From Lama guanicoe (lineage: Eukaryota), in the NCBI GenBank assembly GCA_013239625.1, contig MU053881.1, forward strand, positions 2,356,001-2,420,000: a stretch of DNA of 64,000 nt, read 5' to 3'. Positions within the stretch are counted from its first letter, which is position 1, and each line of letters opens with the position of its first letter. A program made the position numbers and the translations under genes. The notes below the pieces were generated by a model. That model was not told the origin of the DNA, did no database searches, and worked only from the letters and a program-made list of their open reading frames with translations. Positions 54,561 through 64,000 of this stretch are shown here, piece by piece.

Positions 54561-57500
54561 AACTCAGGTCTTCTAACTCCATGCCCAGAGCCCACACTGG
54601 GCATCACACTCCTGCCATTGCTAAGAGCCCCCAAAGCCACCAGTGAAGGGGACCTAGAACCTACCAGGATGCCCAGGGAGAGTGTGCTTGATGGGGGGGC
54701 GGGCCTCCACGGAGCCCTTCCCACGGCCCCTTCTGGCCACAGGGCCTTGCTTCAGGCCAGAGAAATAGTTAATAAAGCTGAGGCCTAAATAAGCATTTGA
54801 TTAACAAACGATAAAATAGCTATTGCGTCCCCGAATTAAGCTGTAATTGTGGCTGATAATTGGCTGGTTAGAATTTAATAAGCTGCAATTAAATAGAATG
54901 GAATCCAGGGTAATTATGTGGTCGCACAGCCCAGAGAGAACCGGGGAAGGAAGGCTTTCTCCTGCTTTGGAAACTTCTGCTGGTGCAGTGCGTGTTGCCA
55001 TGGGCATGTTTCTGGTTCTGATGGTGGTGGTGTGTGTGTGTGTTTGCACGGTGGGCCCCCTCCACCTTCACCGGGCAGAGGCGGGCAGGTGGGCGCTGGC
55101 CCCTCCGCGTCACCACCGCTCAGCAGGAGGTCGGCGCGCAGGCTCTGAGCCCTGCCAGAGCCTGTGGCAGCTCTGGCTGAAGGAGACGTAAAAGGATCCC
55201 CGGCATAGTTCCCTGCAGGGTGGGAGGCCGCGGGAGGGTGGCCAGGAGGTCAAAGGGAACATGAGGGAGGCAGGCAGGCAGGGAGGGGTCCGCCGGTCTT
55301 CCTGATGATGAAACTGGGGCTCAGAGAGGGGAAGAACTTGCTCAAGGTCACACAGTGATGAGCGGCTGGCCGGGCTGGGCCAGATTCTCAGGTTGCTTGT
55401 GGATTAACGATAATTCCTACTGGCCAGGAGGCTGGAGGAACTCCCCTCCAGCCCCCACCCCTGCCAGCTCCCGAGGCACCCCTCCCCATTTCCATCCGCG
55501 TCCTTCACCAGGGAAACATACAGGCTAAGTAAGGATGGCGTGACTGTTCCACATGTGCAATCTCCCTCCCTCCTGGCATGCCCACCCCTGCCCCTAGCCC
55601 AGGTGTGGCCCCCGCAAGTCCGAGGGGATGATGAACGGCATCGCTGAGGCGCCGTTTATGACCCCATCAGCATTTTTACAATGTTGCCGGCAATTAATTT
55701 AATTAAAGACCCTGTCCTGGATATGGTGGCATTTCATATCTCACTGGTTTAATGTGAGTCTGGCCCGAGCGGGGGCCGGGGGTGGGGCAGACGCGCTGCT
55801 CCCCAGCCAGGCTCGGCTCAGGGTGCACGGGGCAGGGCAGTCAAGGCCCCCGGATGGAGCCCAGAGACAAGAGAGGCCGCCCAGTGCTGTGCCCTGGGCC
55901 AGAGGGAGACTCTGCTCACAATCACAGCCAGCACGAGCACACCCACAGGCTCTCGTGCACACGTGGCTGCGTGCACACACGCTCACTCACACGCACACGG
56001 TCATACCATCACAATAATAACATGCATGTTCTTACTTAACCCTCCTGACAATTCTGAGAGCCAAAGAACCATTTAAAATCTCCAACTTCCAGGCGAGGCA
56101 CTGATGCAGGGACAGGAGAAGTAAGGAGTGAGGGATGGATTCGTGCCAGGCAGGCTGCAGTGTCCCAAGACCTTAACCAGGTCGCATGGGTTCAGCAAAC
56201 GTGCACGAGCCACACTGTAGTAGAGCCCCAGCCAGACTCATGTCCTTGCCCCATGGGGCGCCGTGGCCACAGCCCTCCTGCTGGAAGTGCTGGGCACAGA
56301 GCGTCCCAGAATCACACTCACCACGCCAGTGCTCTGGCATCTGTGGGCACACTCACCAAGCCCTGGGCACACACGTGTGCGCACCAGCACTGCCCACTGT
56401 CCTCCAGGTTAAATCTAGCCAGGGCGGCCGATGCCCTCACTAGGATGGTGACCCCTTAGCCACAGATCACCAGCCACCCTGTGACCCCCTCTCTCAGCAG
56501 CTGAGCCCACCTGGACCCCTCCTCCTCCTACCAGGACCTACAGGAAAAGCAGTCACAGCCCCAGCTCCTCCTCTGTGCCTCAGCGGTGCGGCTGCCTGGC
56601 TGTGCTCAGCCCTCTGCTGGGGCCCCCCTTTCCATAACTCCCCTTCCCCCACAGCCTCCTGCCCTCCAACTCCCTTCACAGCCGAGCCCCATCCCTTTCC
56701 CTGCCTCTCGATGCCCCCGAGAACCTCACACTGCCATGTCCCAAGTTGGGCTCGGTGGCTCCCCCAAACCTCCTGCTCCCAGAGTTCGCCCTCACCAGCA
56801 GGGCTGCGCCCCCACCCCCAGAAGCCTCAGCAGGCGTCTCAGAGCTGCTGGGCTTCCTGCGCCCTCACTGTCCACTGTTCTAGCCCCGCCGCCTCTCTCC
56901 CACCCACCCCCTCCTCTCCTCTGGCCAAAGTACCAAAAATACCATCACCCATGCCGCCACAGGGCTACTTCTAGAAAGGAGGTCTGATCCCACCCTTCAA
57001 ACCCCCGCAACAGTTCCTGCTGACCGCAGGGTAAAGGTCGGTCCCCCGCATGCCCCCACATTCCCCTGCACACCCAAGTACCAGCCTCACCCCTTGGCAC
57101 CAACCCACACCCTGCAGCCAGCTCAGCACATCCGCTCATCTCCCTCCCTGCATGCCCAGAGCCCGCCCCTCACCTCAACTTTTCTCTGCACCTGCAGGGC
57201 ACCCCACCCACTCCCAATGCCCTACGGCCCTGGTAATTCATAATTCAAGGTGTCGCCTCCTCTGATCCCCTTCCCAGCTCCTCTCTGCACAGGGGATGCA
57301 CGGCCCCCTCCCCCGACTCCCTGGCTAAGAAAGCATTACCCGCTGACTTAGGCTGTTGTGCGGAGGCTGCCGCCTCCATCAGACTGTGCACCCTCAAGTG
57401 TGTGCAACGGGCCTGAGCCACCTCTCCTCAGCAGCGTCCAACTCAGGGACTGGCAAGTTCGGGGTCAGGGACGGGTTGAGTTGAAGGCTCCCCCCTCACT

Positions 57501-57695
57501 TGCAAACTCTGGGGCTGTGCACCGGGGTGTGCCCACCAGTGACAGGTCCAGGGCATGGACTCACTGAAGGCAGGAGCGGAGCCTTCAGATGGGCATCAGG
57601 AGACTGGGTCCCCAGTCCCCACCTTCCTCCACCTGGCTGTGTGGCCTTGGGCAGGTTACTGCCCTCTCTAGGCCTCAGAAGATGTGGGACTGGGT

Positions 57696-57945
57696 CAGGG
57701 GTGGCAAACTCAGGTGCCTTCAAGGGCTGGCGGGGCCCGGGAGACGTAGAGGGTGCAGATGCCTGCCTGAGGGGCCAGCACAGCTAGGCTGACTGCTGCC
57801 ACGGGACAGGGCGGCCAAGAGACGCCGGAGTTCTTTTCTTTCAAGAGCAGCTAGAAATCATTTTTATGTGAAATTTCCTGTTTTAAAATGTTGACAACTA
57901 ATTCAAACATTTAAACACCGTGCGGGCCAAATAAGTTGGCAGGCC
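57696..57945 (+). mobile_element. MER102-like hAT-Charlie DNA transposon
   Basis: caggggtggcaaactcaggtgcct...tttcaagagcagctagaaatc...tttttatgtgaaatttcctg...aaatgttgacaactaattcaaa. Confidence 0.65.
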
Positions 57946-58133
57946 AAAGCCAGACTGGACAAGGTCCAAGGTTTCCTCCGACCGTACAGATCTAAGGATG
58001 GGGGTCACAGCAGGGTGGGCAGGAGCCCCCCTCCGTCACTGCTCGGCCCTCCTGGTTTCCTCCCCCTCCCTTACTCTTCCCAGCCTCCCTCGCCAGCATC
58101 CCATCATCCTGTCTTCTCCTTGGGACCCCTCTT

Positions 58134-58259
58134 TTTTCTTTTTTGAGATGGGGGTAGGCAATTAGGTTTATTTATTTATTTAATGGAGGTACTGGGGATT
58201 GAATCCAGGACCTCGTTAATGCTAAGCATGTGCTCTACCACTTGAGCTGTGCCCTCCCC
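58134..58259 (-). mobile_element. Camelid-type tRNA-derived SINE (vic-1-like) with 13-bp TSD
   Basis: ttaatggaggtactggggattgaatccaggacctc...atgctaagcatgtgctctaccac; TSD tgggacccctctt at 58121-58133 and 58260-58272. Confidence 0.88.
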
Positions 58260-60959
58260 TGGGACCCCTCTTCATCATGGCCTCCCGAAGGAGGTCCCCT
58301 GAGGCCTGGCAGAGGCTGGAGGGGTCATCTGCCCATCACCCCAAGTGGCTGGGATTTAACGATCAGCTCAAGTGTCCACACTCAGCTGAGCCTGAGGGCA
58401 CGGCCCCTTTCCCAGAGGCTGAGGGTCTGAGCACCAGCAGTGAGCCGCTCCCTGCTCCGGACAGTGGTGGGGGCAGACGACAGGCTGGGGGTTGCCTTTC
58501 TTGCCGGCCTTTGCTCTGGGTCTCAGATCCTGAGCTGGGGGAGGAGGGAGAAGGCTGCTGGCAATGGGGACACAGGCATGTCGGGGGTGGGCACTCCACA
58601 GAGGAAACCCCCAGCTACAGTCCTCCCAAATCTGGGCGGGCCGGAGCTCAGGCCCGCTGCGACCGCTGGGAAGAGGGTGTCTGACCACGCCCATCGAATT
58701 CCAACAAGACAGTAATGAGCCCTCACCCCATTTTAATTACTTGCTGTCCAAATAATTACCAGCTTGTTTATTTCACTTAATGGCAGCCGTACTTTTTTTC
58801 CTGATATTGATTTCATGTTTTCCTGGTTTGTCCATTATCTTTCTTGCCCCTTTAATGGGCTCAGAGGTCTTGCAGGTGGAGGAGAGGGGACTGGAGGAAG
58901 CAGGGGTGTGAGAGAACATGGAGGAAGGAGAGGTGGCCTGGGCCTTGCTGTGCAGCCTAGGGTAAGCCACTGCCCTCTCTGGGCCTTGAGTCCTGGAATC
59001 CCAGATCTCCGCACAACCTCTGTCATTAACATATCAGGGTGGAACGTTTTAAAATGAGGAGGGAGAGGGCAGCAGGGAGAGAGAAGCTGGTGTACTCCCT
59101 CCCAAGTGCCCTTAATGGGGTGGACAGAGACTCAGACAAATGTGAGGGTATGAAGGACAGGAGGGATACGGGAAAGGGGAGGGGTGGGTGGAGGGATGCA
59201 AATGCAAGAAGGTGGGGAGGGGGTGCTCCTGGTGGCCAGCCTGGAGGAGACTGCAGTGTGGAGGCCACTGGCCAGTAAGGATATGGTGGGGCCAGAGGGT
59301 GGCTTCCGTGTCCTGTGTCCCCCAGGTCTGACGGGGGAGGGAGCAGGAGCCGCCACCCTCAAGAAACCTAGCCCCTCCCTGGGCCTGACCTCCATCCTTG
59401 GCCTCCGCCTCACCTGCCTGCCATCGCCATGGAAACGTGAGCGATGCCGTGATGTCATCCAGGCTGTGAAAGAGCAGCTCATTTCTCTGATTTTGGGGGG
59501 GCAGTAAGGAGAGAGGGGGCCGAGGGGAAGGCCAGGGCTTCTTTGGGTGAAGATTTAGAGCCTCTTCAAGGGGTCATTAGCTCTTAATAAATCACTCATA
59601 ATTGCATGAATATTTAAATCTTAATAAAAAAATACAGTAGGCCCAGTGCGGCTCCCTGTGTGGGTATTTATTGCTATCAGGTTGGAATATATAAAAGTTG
59701 GTATCAGTCTGATTGAACTGCTGTTATCACCACAGCTAAATGGGTAATTGGGAGTGAGAGACGCTATCAGCGGATATAAATTACATACAGTAAACCGAGG
59801 GCATTAACTGAGGGTTTATTATCAATTATCTCTGCGCTTGTTCCCCTTAAAGCGAACTTTAAGTACATTAATGAGAAAACTTACAGGTCTTAATGAATTG
59901 ATGGAAGGGAGAGGCTGCCGAGGGCCCCCATGTAGGTCCCTGCACAGTGCTCTTTCAGGGACACTCGGTGGCCTGCTCCTAGGAGGGGACCCCACCCAAG
60001 GGAGGGAGGGCTCACGGGTCAGCAAACCGGCCACAGCTGCCTGGACCAGCATGGACAGCTGGTCAGTCCCTGAGGCCAGCCCTGCCTCTCTCCAAACCTC
60101 CATCCCAGAGAGGGGCGCTGGGTGGGAATGGGGCGGGTTCATCCAGGCAGCATTTCATCTAAGAAAGACCCCGCCAGGGCCCGGGTCTGGCTGTTGGGTG
60201 CAGAGAATCAGCTGGGGCCTGATTTCAGCTGGACGGGGATGAGGCAGACCTTCAGAATGTGGGCACTGCCATTAGAGCAACATAAATGGAGTGTGAGGGG
60301 GCGGGAAGCCAAGAGGGGATGCGAGTCTGGGTGGGGCTGGGGGCGCCCTCGCGGAAGTTCCGGCGGGCAGAGCGTTGGTGTAGCATCGGTGTCCACCCTG
60401 CTCCGGAGCACGTCCGCCTCCTGCTGAAACGCTCCCCAGCCGCTTGCTTGCTCGCTTGGAGCAGCCCACAGGCGCGCTCACTGCAAGGTCGGCACGACCT
60501 CCTTCTGGGCCAGTTCACCACCCAACCGCCTCCCCGCCAGGACTGTGCCTGTCCTCCCTAGCGTCCTCGGCCCTCCTGCCAGCCCTTAGGTAACCACATG
60601 GATCTACCACAAAGGGCAGAACCCAGGCCCCTCTCTCAGGGGCTTACCCACTCATGGGAGACACACACTGGCAGGTGTCAGGGTAGTAAGTCCAAGGTTA
60701 CAACCTGTAGTCAGAGTTCCGTCAGAGACACACTGGTGGCGTGAGAGCACATCACTGGGGGGCCTGATCTGAGGTCTCCAAGAGGGCTTCCTGGAGGCAG
60801 TGTCACTGAGCTATATAAAATGCCTTGATGACCCAAGGGTGTCCATCTTCTCCATCAAGGACAGGAAAACCATTTCTTTAACTCCTTTTCCCCTTTCCAG
60901 CCTCGGTCCCTACTCTCTTTTCCCCTCTAGTTCTGCCCTTCTTTGTCCTGGTCCTGACA

Positions 60960-61640
60960 CAGGTCCCTCAGTCAGACTTTCACTGCCACATCACCACTGA
61001 AACCCCTTCTCCCTTCTGCCAGGGAACCCATCTGTCTGACTCAAAAGCTCCTCCTGGCCTCCACCCTTGAGGGCTCTGCCCAGGCTCCTCCCCCCATCCT
61101 GTTCCCCCATCTGCCTTCTCCTTGCTCCTGGAGAACCGCAGGCTTCAGCGAGGGCATCAGAGCAGAGGACTCCGAAATTCCCCCTGCAGGACCGCCAGGC
61201 CCAGCTCCGCACGACGTTTCCTCTCAGCCATCCTGTGTGGCCCCTGCAAACGGTTAGCTCCCCAGGCAAACAGCCCTGTCACTGCCCTGCCCAGGAACCT
61301 GCTGGCTCTGCCTCTTCTGTCTCTTTTTCTCCTGTCCCTTCAGATGTCACGGGCCAAAACCCTCTCAACTCACCATCTAACACCCGGCCTTTCATCTGTT
61401 CTTCTGCAGCTTCGAGCTTTGCCTTGCCTCAGAGCCATCGTACCCGCTGTTCCCTCTGCCCCAGGCACTGTCATTCACTCTTCATTGTCCAGCTCTTGGC
61501 TCGTGCACCTCCTCCGAGAGGCTCCATCCAAAGTAGCATCCTTGTCATTCTCTAGTGCCCACCCCCTCTGATTTGACTTGTTCCTTTATTGTCTGTTTGC
61601 TTGGAACCAGAGGCCCTGTCACTAGACATTTCTGAGCGAA
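60960..61640 (+). mobile_element. L2 LINE remnant
   Basis: Pyrimidine-rich degenerate L2-like text; boundaries approximate. Confidence 0.45.
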
Positions 61641-63464
61641 GGATGGGTTATGTTTCTGGAGAAGCTGCTCCTGTGCCAGGCCCCAAGCTCCAGGCTGCAC
61701 AGGGCCTTTGGGGGTGCACACCAACTGGTCAGGGCAGGCACAGATGCAGTGTGTCTGCCCTGCTGCAGGGCCGGGGCTGGGGGGGGAAGAGAGGGGATGT
61801 TTTCAGCTTTGGGGGAAAGGCAGGGGCCAGGAGTGGGCAGCAGAGAAAGGCATTCTAGGCTGAGGGGACAGCAGGACTGAGGAATTTGAGGCAGGACAAA
61901 TCTGGTGGCAGCATGAACTGAGTTAGAAAGGGTCGGACTCTGTGCCAGGACACTGAGCATGGGAAAGCAGGGAAGGTTCGGGAGCAGGGCCGATGGGATG
62001 AGAGAGTGGTAGAGAGCTCTGCTCGGGGAGGGGATACTCCCCAACACCACAGCGCAGGAGGAAGCTACCGGCCCTGAACAGGCTGCTGGAGAGGAGAAAC
62101 GGACATGAAAAGCACCTCCGGGGGCAGGGTAGGGAGAGTCATCGTCCTGGCTGGGAGAGAGGCAGGCAGGGAGCAGAAGATGACTCTGTCATTTCCTGCC
62201 CGGCTGAGTGGGTAGATGGCGACACAGCCAGGCGTAAATAACTGGAAAAACCTTGGCCCACTGCTCGCGCTTAGGGGAGGGCAATATCGGTGACTTCTTG
62301 AAAGGTGGGGCTCCTCCGGCAAGCTGAGAGGGCCACACACCCACCCTACCGCAGACCCACGTGTTTGACGACTGCTGTCTGTTGCGGGGCACGGGGCGGG
62401 GGTCCATGGCCTAATTGAGCTCCGGTTGCTGTGGCTCAGTGCAAGCAGGGCCATTCGAGGGCTGAGCTGCAGAGCCTCAGTCCTGCTTGGGCCTCTGTCT
62501 TCCAGCTGGAACAACAGGAGGCCAGGCTGGCTCTCAGAGGCTGCAAACTGCTGGTCCACGGACCCCTTGGTGTCTTGTAGGTTTCAAACCACCTTTTGCA
62601 GACTAGTAAATTTCACACCGACATTGGTATACACCCCCATTGAAGAATCAAAAGCTGGGGGCACACCAGCCATGACTGGTGACATTCTTCAGGCATGGCA
62701 CAGTCCACCTATGTCCCCTCTGGGCCCTTCCCTCCATGGCCTCCTGGAACCAGTGGGCACCCACCTTCGGCTCAGGTCATCCCCAGTAGCCCTTCCAGCT
62801 CAGTCTGGACCCCGCTCCCACCTCACACACACCTGTCCCGGAGAAGTCTGGTGGCCTGTGGGATCCCAGGCCATATCAAGGACATGACAAGGCCTGGGGC
62901 CTTTGATCTGCCTGTTGAGACACTCCCATCAGCTTGGACCTGCGTTCAGTTACAGCTTTTATTAAAAAAGTGCTTTTACTCCCTTCCAAACACAGCCCCG
63001 TTGCTTCACTCTCTTCAGCCCTCCACCCTGTTTCCACGCCTCTGGGCCCTTCTCCCTCCCTGCTGCCTCCTGCCTCTGTAAATAATCGTCTCCTCTGTGC
63101 CTATAATTAGCCCAAAGTAGAATAATTCATAACAAACTTTATTTCTTGTGGCATCTTTCTTGCTAACATGTCGCTGAGCACCTCGCAGGATCAGCAGGAG
63201 GGAAATCAGACTCGGGGAAACAGCTGAGCACCCTCCCTCCATGCTCCCTGCCCCGCTGTCTGCACCCACAGGAGCTGGTGGAGCAGGGACGACCCAGCAT
63301 GTCCTCCTCTGCCAACTGGAGCAGGAGGGTGGGCGCTGGGGCACAGCAGGGTGGATCCAGGGTGTGGGCAACCAATCCAGACACTCTTCCCCAGGTAATA
63401 ATTGTAATAGTAATAATAATAATACCAGCTAATAGTTACAAACTGTTTACTATGAACCCCTGGC

Positions 63465-64000
63465 TCTGCTTTTTAAAAATTGAGGTTGCTTTTTTTTTTT
63501 TTGACATATAAAGTAAAATTCAGCCCCTTTAAATCTACAGTCTGGGGAGTTTTGACAAATGTATCCACCACCACAATAAAGACAGAGAGCAGTTTCATCC
63601 CCTCCAAAATGTTCCCCGAGCCCCTTTGTTATCAATCCCTCTGCCAACCCCAGCAACCACTGATCTGCTTTCTGTCACTACAGTTTTGCTTTTTCTAGAA
63701 TCTCATAGAAATGGAATTATACAGTACGCAGTCTTTTGTGCCCAGCTTCTTTCACTGAACACAATGCCCGTGAAGTTCATCCATGTTGTCGCCTAAATTG
63801 GCAGTTGGTTCCTTTTGATGGCCGAGCAGTATTCCATTATATGAATGGACTGCGGCTTGTTTATCCATTCACTGGTGCTGTTTCTAGATTTTGATGATCA
63901 CACAACAGCCTTGGTGGGCACGTCCTCATTTCTCATGGGAATAAGATTGCGAAGGCAAACAGGAAGCATGTGTTTAACTTGAAAAGAAATTCTTTGTTTC
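63465..64000 (-). mobile_element. LINE-1 3' fragment (L1MB-like)
   Basis: gcaaccactgatctgctttctgtcactacagttttg...tctagaatctcatagaaatggaattatacagta...gttcatccatgttgtc. Confidence 0.82.

Noticed and set aside
60040..60062. Possible REST/RE1 site (catggacagc)
   Set aside because: Only the right half-site matches; the left TCAGCACC half is absent.
46876..64000. Many 60-240 aa ORFs on both strands in UNC5A intron 1
   Set aside because: GC-rich, P/G/R/A-biased translations with no domain or consistent splice pattern; no signal-peptide exon 1 found in the window.
1..64000. CRISPR arrays, operons or prokaryote-type systems
   Set aside because: The window is spliceosomal mammalian DNA; no repeat-spacer arrays seen.

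Overview
Mammalian genomic DNA, most likely a camelid (inferred from the tRNA-derived vic-1-type SINEs and the lack of Alu, B1, Bov-tA or PRE-1 elements). It holds the conserved block UIMC1 - HK3 - UNC5A. The window contains the last five coding exons of UIMC1/RAP80 (+, 3074-8794), the complete HK3 gene (+, probable non-coding exon 1 ending at 14584, 18 coding exons 18232-31721, 924 aa by exon sum), and UNC5A exons 2-16 (-, 46875-32879); UNC5A exon 1 lies beyond the right edge, so 46876-64000 is intron 1. I placed all exon borders by hand on GT-AG sites with consistent phase. Human and rodent comparisons and repeat family names are from memory, not database searches. I see no clearly new gene system. 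The best leads are: a chain of mostly same-frame antisense open frames filling HK3 intron 13 (possible decayed nested gene); overlapping convergent HK3/UNC5A 3' ends in one ~30 bp AT-rich element; an in-frame 12-bp duplication (NPVP) in UNC5A exon 2; a rare GAG 3' splice site in UNC5A; a 181-bp tandem duplication in HK3 intron 1; and motif-dense AT-rich islands, a hairpin and an RFX X-box in UNC5A intron 1. Two N gaps lie at 29696-29763 and 47477-47632.
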